From the NCBI RefSeq assembly GCF_001194135.2, contig NC_068984.1, forward strand, positions 118,935,777-118,979,213: a DNA stretch of 43,437 nt, in the 5' to 3' direction. Below the pieces are notes generated by a model. That model saw only the letters and a program-made list of their open reading frames with translations, had not been told where the DNA came from and searched no databases. The DNA is from Octopus bimaculoides. Its lineage: Eukaryota. The position numbers were made by a program, and so were the translations under genes. This document shows positions 33,055-43,437 of the stretch, piece by piece; the stretch's first letter is position 1, and every line of letters starts with the position of its first letter.

Positions 33055-34713
33055 GTTTGTATATATATATATATATGTATATATGTATATATACATTTGT
33101 GTGTGTTCGTATGTTGTTCTTCATTTATTTTCATCACCATTATTATTACCATTATCGTTATTATTATTGTTATTACCATTGTTGTTGCTATTGTTGTTAT
33201 TGTTATTGTTATTATTATCATTTCTATTTGTTTAGTTTTTTTTGTTTTTGTTTGGGTGTTGGCAGGCAGAGAGCAAGGCAAAGCGGAACAAGACAAGGAA
33301 ACACGAGGTAAGGGTAGCAACATGGGGCAGCACAGAAGAGCGCAGGGTAGAACAGGTTGGGTGTGATACGCGAAGAAGGATGAGGTGTGATGCGAGAAGA
33401 TAAGGAAGATTTCATCTCTTACAATGATTCCTTTTTCCAGAAAAGACCAAAAAATGCATATTTGATTTGTATGTGTATGACCACATGTATGTGTGTGACT
33501 ATGCGTGTGTGGTATGTGTGTGTCTGACTGTGAGTGTGAGTGTGTGCTGCTGCAAGTGTGTGTATGTGTGTGTGTGTGTAAATTCAAATTTTTTTATGAC
33601 CCAAGGTCAAAATAAGTTTGAGTAAATCCTTAATCAAAGACATTCCACCCATGACCATTATTCAATCATCTTAGAAAAGCATTTATGAGACTATGTTACT
33701 TGATTCGCTTTTTATTTAGTTATCTTATTTTGAAAATCTAACAGTGGAAAGTGATTTTTTTTAGGGAGATTCGGCTGCCATTTCTAGCTTGAAGTCAGTT
33801 CGTTTTGTAAGGTAAGAATAAGAAAAGATAGATGTGTATAAGTGTGAGCGTGTATGAGTGTGAGCGTGTGTGGGTGTGAGTGTGTGTGTGTGTGTGTTTT
33901 ATGTTTGTGCGTGTGTGTGTGCATTTACAGATGTGTGCTGTATGTGTGCATGCATAAGTGTGTTTGTGTGTGTGTATGTGAGTGTGTTGTGTGTGTGTGC
34001 GTGTTTGTGTGTGTGCATGCACGTGTATGTGTGTATGTGTGTGTGCATGCATGTGTGTGTGTGTGTCTCATCTGTTTGTATATGCATATGTTTGTTTGTG
34101 TGGATGTGTGTGCATCGGTGTGCAAATGTGTTCATATGTGCGTGAATGCATGCATGTGTGTGTGTGTATATTTGTGCATGTGTCAGTTGTGTGAGTGTAT
34201 ATGTGTGCGAACATGTGCATGTGTGTGTGTTTTCATGTGTGTGTTTGTGTGTATGTATGTGTGTAAGCGTGTGTGTTAGACCAAGACATAAGAATGAGGG
34301 GAGAAGAAAATAGTTTTTAGTTTCGTTTGGCTCAGTGAAGCCCAAATATAGACAACACAGAAAAAGTGGTGGTGGCGGTGGTGATGGTGGTGGTGATGGC
34401 AATGGTAGTAGGGGTGATGGGGAAAGGTGGGGGTGGTGATGGCTGTAATGCTGGTAGTGGTAGATGTGATAGTCATGGTGGTGATAATGGAGGTGGTGGC
34501 AGTAATGATGACGATGACGAGGAGGAGGAAGATGAGGATGCTGGCGCTAGCGGTGCTGTTATTACTAATAATGTTGGTTAATGATGGTGGTGGCGTGGGA
34601 GTAATAATGTTGTTGTTGTTGTTGTTGTTGTTGGCAGGGGGTGGGTGTAATCATAGTGAGGGTGGTTAGCATGGGAGAAATAATGTTGGTTGTGGTTGTG
34701 ATGGTGGTGATGG

Positions 34714-34799
34714 NNNNNNNNNNNNNNNNNNNNNNNNNNNNNNNNNNNNNNNNNNNNNNNNNNNNNNNNNNNNNNNNNNNNNNNNNNNNNNNNNNNNNN
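34714..34799. other. Assembly gap
   Basis: N characters. Confidence 0.99.
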
Positions 34800-35168
34800 G
34801 GTAATGATGATGATGGTAGTGGTGGTGGTAGTGGTGATGGTGGTAGTGGTGGTGGTGGTAGTGATGGTAGTGGTGATGGTGGTGGTGGTGGTGGCGTGGT
34901 GGCGGAGGTGATATGTATATCCTGGAGTAACTTAAAATAAAGCTGATAGCTTCTGATGCAACAGTGGTGGTAACAAATGGGACGACAAGCAATGGAAAAG
35001 GTAATGAGATGGTAGTCATGGTGATACCGGTGAGGTTTGTTAGATGGTGGTGGCGGCGGCGGCAGTGGTGGCAGTGGTATTGTCGATGGGGTGAGGATGA
35101 ACAAGGTCACACAGACTGGATCATGAGCCTTGGGTTCAATTTTCTTCACATTCACAACACACACATAA

Positions 35169-35201
<33 letters not shown>

Positions 35202-35499
35202 TGTATGGATGGATGGATGGATGGATGGATTATGTGTGTGTGTGTGTGTGCGTACACGTGTGCATGTATGTGTATATATCACCACCATTTTTTTTATGTC
35301 CACCTTCCATGGGCATGCACCAGATGGTTTGATAGGATCTCACTCTGCAGAGGACTACACCATGATCCATATATATATATACATGCACGTGCATATACAC
35401 ACACACATACACGCACACACACATTCACATGCGCACACACACATACACACACACACCCACACACAGATATATGCACAGATAGACAGATGGACCAATTGA

Positions 35500-35535
<36 letters not shown>

Positions 35536-35536
<1 letters not shown>

Positions 35537-36630
35537 CATGTCCTCTAATAATTTTAATCATTTGAATATTCCTGTAAGGAGGGAGCTGCATTCTAACAAA
35601 AAATAAAAAGGTCCTTTGTTGGAATAAAGATAGAAAAAAATAAATTCACATTTCAAACTTGAGAAAAGTCTTGCACATTTTTACTATTCTGCTGACAGAT
35701 TGTATTTGTAATGTGCATGTTAGCTGGTTGATTTCATTTTCTGAAAACCCTAGTTTATCAAGGAGCACTCTGTCGGTTACGATGACGTGGGTCCCAGTTG
35801 ATACGATCAACGGAACAGCTTGCTTGTGAAATTAACATGCAAGTGACTGAGCAATCCACAGACACGTGTACCCCTAACGTAGTTCTCGGGGAGATTCAAC
35901 ATGACACAGAGTGTGACAAGGCCGGCCCTTTGAAATACAGGTACTACTCATTTTTGCCAGCTGAGTGGACTGGAGCAACGTGAAATAAAGTGTCTTGCTC
36001 AAGGACACAACGCGTCGCCGGGAATTGAACTCAAGACCTTACGATTGTGAGCCGAATGCCGTAACCACTAAGCCACACGCCTTCACTAGTTTATCCAGAC
36101 TTCCACTTAAGAATTTACTCACAAAACCATATGCACCAATTATTATTGGTATAAATGTAAATTCATAATCTGGGGGTAGAAGCTGAAGGTTTTGAAGCAG
36201 CTGTCCACAGTTATCCTCTTTCTCTTTTGTTTTTGAAGAAAAGTTCACATCAGCAGGGCAGCTGACCTCTGTGACAGTAGATACTTTTACCTGTCTATTC
36301 CAAACAACAACATCTGGCCTGTTATATTATCACTTGACAGAAGTTTTGATGGGAATTTTCCACCAACAAGCCCTGTGTTGATGTATTCAATAGCAGGTGG
36401 CAGTTCCCTTTATTTATCCTAAGATATTTCTTTATTCAGATGGCATTGAATATATTGTTTTTGCAATAATTTTGTGTTGCATTAGATGGAGTAGACATTT
36501 TTGAGATGCTGCTGATGACATAGGATGTCTTCCACAGAAATATGACATAATCTACCTTTTCAGTTTCACTTGTATCTTGGAGCCCCAAGGGTTGTTCTGT
36601 TTGTGTTGTGGTATACAAAAACATAAAAGT
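35536..36630 (-). mobile_element. 3' end of an R4/Dong-clade retrotransposon (restriction-like endonuclease domain, stop at 35646-35648, 3' UTR), split by a SINE
   Basis: Minus strand reads WWKIPIKTSVK**YNRPDVVVWNRQVKVSTVTEVSCPADVNF..KEKEDNCGQLLQNLQLLPPDYEFTFIPIIIGAYGFV...LDKL, then after the SINE GFSENEINQLTCTLQIQSVSRIVKMCKTFLKFEM*. This is the RPD..E..P..D..K PD-(D/E)xK pattern. Confidence 0.85.
35760..36085 (-). mobile_element. Full-length SINE family K with 10-bp TSD
   Basis: A box tggcttagtgg, B box gagttcaattcc. TSD CTAGTTTATC at 35750-35759 and 36086-36095. Confidence 0.85.
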
Positions 36631-36666
36631 ACTCCATACAGTTTTATGTTGGAACTGTTTAGAGAC

Positions 36667-36948
36667 GCAGGAGTGGCTGTGTGGTAAGTAGCTTGCTTAC
36701 CAACCACATGGTTCTGGGTTCAGTCTCACTGCGTGGCACCTTGGGTAAGTGTCTTCTACTATAGCCTCGGGCCAACCATATATATATGACGGGCTTCTTT
36801 CAGTTTCCGTCTACCAAATCCACTCACAAGGTGTTGGTCAGCCCAAGGCTATAGTAGAAGACACTTGCCCAAGATGCCACGCAGTAGGACTGGACCCGGA
36901 ACCATGTGGTTGGAAAGCAAGCTTCTTACCACTCAACCATGCCTGCAC
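36667..36948. mobile_element. Two SINE B heads in inverted orientation (36667-36778 plus, 36786-36948 minus)
   Basis: caggagtggctgtgtggtaagtagcttgc...ctatagcctcgggccaacc, followed by ...ggtcagcccaaggctatagtagaagacacttgcccaag...aaccatgtggttggaaagcaagcttcttaccac. Confidence 0.85.
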
Positions 36949-37129
36949 CTCTATGTAAAATATATTATAACCAGTCATCAGATTTATGTATGGACCAATA
37001 TGAGCCATGGTCTTGGGGCTCCCAGGATTGGTGGGGAGAAACCTTAAGCTTGAAGTTAAAAATTTAAAAATATATTTACAGCATTCAAATGAATAATTTC
37101 TAATTTTTTCCACTTGTTTACATTTTTCT

Positions 37130-37411
37130 TAATCCAATAGAATTTGTTTAGAGTTATTGGACCCACTTTTGATTTTACTGGGCCCTCTCAGTAAAAGATT
37201 TTACTGGGTCCTCTCAGATTTAAAAAGCCATTAAATTTAACTGAGGCTCTCTGAATTTATCAAGGCCTTTCAAATTTGGGAGCTTCTTCAAACTGTTAGG
37301 GGCCCTAGATCTAATGGATCCTCTTTATTATTTTATTATGCTTTGAATTAGCAAAAATCATAGGTACGGGGTAAATACCCATTGACCCACTTGGCCTAAA
37401 ACAGCCCTGGA
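37130..37411. mobile_element. Possible non-autonomous hAT-like element end with subterminal ttttactggg(c/t)cctctcag repeats
   Basis: End aaaacagccctg (reverse complement CAGGGCTGTTTT, hAT-like); two adjacent 19-bp repeats near 37171-37218. The other terminus was not identified. Confidence 0.35.
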
Positions 37412-37724
37412 TATAACATACATGTGGGCCATATGCAAATGTAAAAAATGGAAAGTGAACCATTTCGAAAGGAGGTTACTAGTCACTGGTCTAGAATCTT
37501 ACATATGTTAATTTATATGAGACAAACAAGGTTTATATTCTTAAAACACAGTTTCATTTAGTTAGTTAACAGTACGTATCAGTGAATTTGAATGCAGTAA
37601 ATTGCATCAACAGCAGTTTGGGAATGTAATTGACATAAATTAACACACACACATATATGTATGTGTGTGTATGCATATATATATATATATATAAATTTAT
37701 GTATATATATACATATATGTATAT

Positions 37725-37782
<58 letters not shown>

Positions 37783-37997
37783 AGATACAGATATAGATAT
37801 ACATATATATATAGAGAGAGAGAGAGAAGGGGGGAGAAGCAAGACTGACAGATAGCAATCTGTATATCTTACTTAATGTGAGTATACTGAAAGAAAGCCA
37901 CAATACTGCAGTATTCAACTCAAGAAAGCATCTCCTATAGATGTATAGACATAGTTATATGCATGCATGTGTGTGTGTGTATCATATACATATATAT

Positions 37998-38028
<31 letters not shown>

Positions 38029-38209
38029 GATGGTGGTGGTGGTGGTGGTGGCGATTTTGATGGTGTTAGTGTTGGTGGTTTTGGTGGCGTGAGACTATAG
38101 CTGGTGACATTCACCCAAGATGCCAAGCAATAAGTAGGACTGCATCTGAAATCATGTGATTGCAAAGTGAACTTCTTAATCACATAAACACTCATGCATA
38201 ATTGTTAGA

Positions 38210-38600
38210 AACAAGAATCACCATCTTAGAAATTGTGTCCCTGAATTCCTGTTTTCCATGAAAATATATCCAAGTCATGTGAAAAATATTATCTCACTTG
38301 GAAACAAATGAGGGTTGGTAACAGGAAATGCATCCAGTTGTAGAAAATCTGCCTCAAAGACTGGATGCTAAGCTAAAGTCATTGTCATATCATCATTTAA
38401 CATCCATCTTTCATGCTGACATGGACTGGATGGGTTGACAAGATCCAACAAGCTGGAGGATTGCAACAAGCTCCAATATCTGTTTTGGCATGGTTCCTAC
38501 AGCTGGATGCCCTTCATAATACCATCTACTTTATAGAGAGTAGTGTGTGTTTTATCATATCACCAACACAGGTATGGTCACCATGAAACTTGCAAAATAA
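38210..38600. mobile_element. Tail E fragment (plus, ~38210-38380) abutting a family D copy (minus, ~38385-38600)
   Basis: cttggaaacaaatgagggttggtaacaggaaatgcatccagttgtagaaaatctgcc, then catcatttaacatcc..ctttcatgctgacatgg...cagctggatgcccttc. Confidence 0.65.
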
Positions 38601-39052
38601 AGAAAAGACCCCTTGGCAGATGAGGTTGGTGACTTTATGCTAGGTGATTAGAGGCTAAAATATGATAGAGGGCTAGGGACAGGTTTCTAGCTATAGAAGT
38701 TACCTTACAATATATAAGGATAGGTATGAGTAACTGCCACACCCATGCCTATCATTTTAATTTAATTTAGTCAACTAAAACTGGTGCTGGTAACGACTAA
38801 TAGTTACCCTGTGCAATAGTTATGCTGCTTGACAAGTTTGCCATCATGGAACAAACTTCAAAATAAACAATGTTAATGGATAGCAGCACAGTTGGATCTC
38901 TTCTCTTCTATTTAGAACATCACTGAATAGATCAATATTAGCAACTTTTCAGTGATACACAAATTACATTTGCTGTTGCACTCATTATGTTCACATGATT
39001 TTGCAACTATGTTCTACAAGATTTGAATTTCTCATGCTTTCAGTTCTATCTA

Positions 39053-39054
<2 letters not shown>

Positions 39055-39111
<57 letters not shown>

Positions 39112-39317
39112 GACCATAACTATATATCTATCTTTCTATCTATCTGTGATATGTCTGTCTGTCTGTCTGCCTGTCTATCTGTCTGTCTGTCTGTCTGTCA
39201 GTCTTACTTTCAACACATCTATTTTTCTACATATATATTTATGTTTTTATCAGCATACCTTTTTATCTACATACTAAATTGTTCATGTATACTTACAGCT
39301 CTCTCTCTCTCTCTATC

Positions 39318-39350
<33 letters not shown>

Positions 39351-40125
39351 ATGTACGTATGTCTATATACATACATGCATACATACATGTGTCTCTTTCT
39401 ACATACCCCACTATCTACATACCTCTCTATCTACATACCAGCTGTGTTGTATATCTATCTGTATATCTATCCATATATCTAACCCATCCATTGATCTTCT
39501 ACCCCCTCTACCTACCTACCTATCTACTTACCTACCTACCTACCTACCTACATACATACATACATACATACATACATACATACATACATACAAACATACA
39601 TACATATCTACCAATATGCATGTATTCATTTATATCTACCAATCTGCCTACCACCTACCAATATACCCACCTATCTGCATAAGAATATCTCTGTCCATTG
39701 CACCATTTTAGAAGCTACGAAAACTTTCTTACAAACTCTAGAGAAGATATTAAGTTTAAAGAGTAAACTGCACTTTATTCTCTCTCTCTCTCCCCACCCC
39801 CCACCCCCACCTCTTTATCCTCATCTCCATTTTTCTGTCTTAGTTTCATTTGTTTTTCTCTGTCTTTCTCTCTCTTTGAATTTCCTTTATTCTTTATATT
39901 TGTTAGTTTGTACAGTCATGTTTGCATGTGTGTGTCTGTGTGTGCCTCTGTGTGTTTGTGCTGCCTGGAGTGTACGTAGGTGTTCAGTTATATCTAAGCA
40001 TATGTATATGTTAATGTGTGAATGCTTCTTGTATGTATGTATGTGTACATGTGCTTCTAAATTATCCAGCATTAACATACAAGGATATAGTGATATACAT
40101 ACATTCACACATATGTATATGCATA

Positions 40126-40166
<41 letters not shown>

Positions 40167-40235
40167 CCATATATACATACAGGTGTATGTGTATGTATAT
40201 ATATATATATATATATTTATATACACATTTATACA

Positions 40236-40295
<60 letters not shown>

Positions 40296-40716
40296 TGTGT
40301 GTGTGTGTATAAATATCTATGCTTATCTATATCTATATACATATATATATGTATATATGTGTATGAACATGTGTGTGTATATATATATATACGCACACAC
40401 ATATATATATACATATATGCACATAAACCCACACTTGCACACACACAGGCATTCACCCACACAGTCACACAGACAAGCAGACAGTCAAGAAAACCAAAAT
40501 AGATGCAAGTGAAGTTATGTTTAGATGATACAGCTGATATAAAGACATAATCCACAATATAGTTAGAAGCTTAGAACAGCTGCCAAATCCACCACGACCA
40601 CCCCTTTTATTTTTCGTCTTTTTCTTATTTTCTGCCTTTTTCTCTTCATTTCCCTTTTTCTCTATTTTTTTTTAATATTTTCTTTTTCTCTTCTTTATTT
40701 TCCACTCAACTACTTC

Positions 40717-40747
<31 letters not shown>

Positions 40748-40914
40748 TTTTTTTACTTTTTTTTTTTGGTTTTTCTGTTCATTCCTTCTTTTTCTTTTTG
40801 ATGTTTTGTGTTTGTTATTTTCCAGTTGACAATTAGCAAATGGTTCAAATGGTTCACTTAAAACAGACCAGGTGCTAAAATTATAACTGAGAAGAAGCTA
40901 GAAATTTGAGAACA

Positions 40915-40987
<73 letters not shown>

Positions 40988-41000
40988 TGATGATGATAAT
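39055..41000. repeat. Microsatellite-rich region: (TA)n, (CTGT)n, (TATC)n, (CCTA)n, (TACA)n, (CA)n, (TTTC)n, (AAT)n
   Basis: Direct inspection. Confidence 0.9.
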
Positions 41001-41237
41001 CTTTTATCTTTTACTTGTTAATGGATTGTGGTCATGCTGGGGCATTGCCTTGAAGGGTTTTAGTTGAATGAATTGACCTCAGGACTTTTTTTTCTTTTAA
41101 GCCTGGTATTTATTTTATTTGTCTCTTTTGCTGAACCACTAAGTTATGGGAAAGTAAACAAACCAACACCAGTTGCAAAGAAAATGGAGGAAGACAAATA
41201 AAAACACAAAGGCACATACGTCTAGATAGATAGATAA

Positions 41238-41269
<32 letters not shown>

Positions 41270-41321
41270 CTACATACATACATACATACATACATACATA
41301 CATACATACATACATAATGTG

Positions 41322-41356
<35 letters not shown>

Positions 41357-41719
41357 AATGGGCTTCTTTCAGTTTCTGTCTACCATATCTACCAAATGTC
41401 TACCATATGTTCTGAGTTCAAATCCAAGGTCGATAAAATAAAGTATGAACTAAGTTTTGTGGCTGATATAATCAACTGTTCTCATGTCTCCAAATTTTGG
41501 GCCTAATGCCTGTTAGAGATCATAGCTATTATTATCATTAAGGAGGTAAACAAGGTAGCAAGCTGACAGAATTTTTACATGCTGGGCAAAATGCTTAGCA
41601 GTATTTCTCAAGGCATTGTTCGACCTTCAGCTATAGTAGAAAGCACGTATACCCAAGGTGCCACCACACAGTGGGACTGAACCTGGTACCATATGCTTGG
41701 GAGACAAATTTTTAACTAC

Positions 41720-43210
41720 ACAGTCAATTATATCAACCCTATTAGTCACCTGGTACTTATTTAATAAACCACTGATAGGATGAAAGGTAAAAATGGCCTC
41801 GGTGGCATAAAGAGGAATGAAAGGTTGTTAAGCATTTTGTCCAGTGTGCTAAAAACTCTGGCAGCTCACCTCCTTAATAATGGTTTCAACTTCTGGCACA
41901 AGGTTAGCAATTTTGAGGAAGAGTATAAGTTGATTATATCAACCCCAGTGCTTAGCTGGTGCTTATTTCTTTGACCTCGAAACAGCAAAAGGCAATGTTG
42001 ACCTTGGCAGAATTTGAACTTAGAATATAAAAACAGGTGAAATACTGCCTTGCTTACCTCCTTAACCGTTTCGTTACTGTATTTATTTTGAGATGCTTTG
42101 TGTTTCTTTCAATTAATTTTAAATATAACAAAGAATCTAGTAAAATAACTTAGTTATCATTAAGCTGATGTTAGGAACATAAATTGTGACTCAGGTTTGG
42201 TGGAAGATTTTAATTCAAAACTCATGAAAACAAGACATTTGTACTACAGAGCCAGAGGCAGTTTCAGCCATGTTGGTATCGAAAGTGTTAATGATAATAA
42301 TAGCTATGATTTCTAACAGGCATTAGGACCAAAATTTGGAGACACGAAAACAGTTGATTATATCAGCCACAGCACTTAATTGGTGCTTTATTTTATCGAC
42401 CTCGGATTTGAACTCAGAACATAAAGGGCTATAATTAATTATCACAAAGGATTTTGCCAGACACTTTAATGATTCTGCCAATCAACATCCCTACCTACTG
42501 TGATGATGAAGACAATGATAATAACTATTTCCAATTTTTGGCACAAAAACAGCAGTTTTAGGTGTTAGGTGTAGTCAATTACATCAACCTCAGTTGACTG
42601 GCAGTTTATTTCATCAACCCAGAAAAGATAAAAAGCAAAGTTGACCTCAGCAACATTTGAACTCAGAATGTAACGAGCTGGAAGAAATGCTACTAAACAT
42701 TTTGTCCAACATGCTAATGATCCTGCTAGCTCAAATAATTGTTTATAATATGGGCACAAGGCCAGAAATTTGTGGTAGTCAGGTTAGTAAATTCTATTGA
42801 CCCTACTTCTTAATTGGTGCTTCCTTCTATCAATCCCAGAAGGATGAGAAGCGAAATTGATTTGGGTGGGGTTTCAATTTAGAACATAAAGAGCAAGAAC
42901 AAATGCTACACTTTGTCTTTCCAATGCTCTAATGATTCTGCTAATCCAGCATAATAATAATAATGATGATGATGATGATGATGATGATGAAGATAATGAT
43001 TTCAGTTTTTGGTACAAGGCCAGAAATTTCGGGGGAGGGGACAAGTCGATTACATCAACCCCAGTACTCAACTGGTACTTATTTTATAGACCCCGAAAGG
43101 ATGAAAGGCAAAGTTGACCTTGTCAGAATTTGAACTCAGAATATAAAGACAGATGAAATGCAACTAAGCATTTTGCATGATGTGCTAACGATTCTGCCAA
43201 TTTGTCACCT
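41720..43210 (-). mobile_element. Head-to-tail cluster of about six family F SINE copies
   Basis: Units at about 41720, 41880, 42310, 42530, 42750 and 43000; the copy at 43000-43210 is nearest to intact. Confidence 0.75.
42062..42291 (+). mobile_element. Intact piggyBac-like MITE (family H), 222 bp between TTAA duplications
   Basis: TTAA|CCGTTTCGTTAC at 42062-42077 and GTATCGAAAGTG|TTAA at 42276-42291 (imperfect TIRs). Confidence 0.8.
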
Positions 43211-43437
43211 AATGAGGATGATGATGATGATGATGATGGTTTCTTTATTTTATCAACGTTTCTTACATTGGCACAAGGCCCAACGATGCAGGGGACAGGG
43301 CAACATAGAACAAAGCAATGGAGCCCCCCCCCCACGAGAGCTGGCTGTAAGAGTTGATTTACCAGTTACTTAATTTATCACTCGCAGCACCAACCTTACC
43401 ACTGCTACTCCAACCCCACCACCACCACCACCACCAC

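Larger units (their letters stand above)
32380..35540. repeat. Extended low-complexity region: (TA)n, (TATG)n, (TG)n, (TTA/TTG)n, (GGT/GAT)n, (GATG)n, (CA)n, (GATA)n
   Basis: Direct inspection; source of many spurious ORFs. Confidence 0.9.

Noticed and set aside
36020-36085. tRNA genes at the tRNA-like heads (also 4135-4205, 11144-11215, 29875-29935)
   Set aside because: A/B boxes are present but no complete cloverleaf; each continues into a SINE body, and most have a tail and TSD.

Overview
AT-rich, repeat-saturated eukaryotic DNA with seven assembly gaps. The SINE families and microsatellite load look like an octopus (coleoid cephalopod) genome; this is my inference from recognising the repeats. 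The only host coding sequence I can support is two minus-strand exons of a synaptotagmin-family gene: a transmembrane exon (9225-9441) and a C2A exon (1390-1899). The rest is intronic or intergenic DNA built from tRNA-headed SINEs, RTE and R4/Dong non-LTR retrotransposon fragments, TTAA-flanked piggyBac-like MITEs, hAT-like ends and simple repeats. The standout observation is at 18.7-19.4 kb: a tandem ~350-bp repeat in which each unit carries a type I hammerhead ribozyme on the minus strand (CUGAGGA...GAAAC...GUC). The two copies show a compensatory base-pair change in an extended stem I, and a 65-bp inverted segment closes one end. This fits a retrozyme or Penelope-derived self-cleaving circular-RNA element lying upstream of, and on the same strand as, the synaptotagmin exons. 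Boundaries of degraded repeats are approximate, and family labels A-K are my own.
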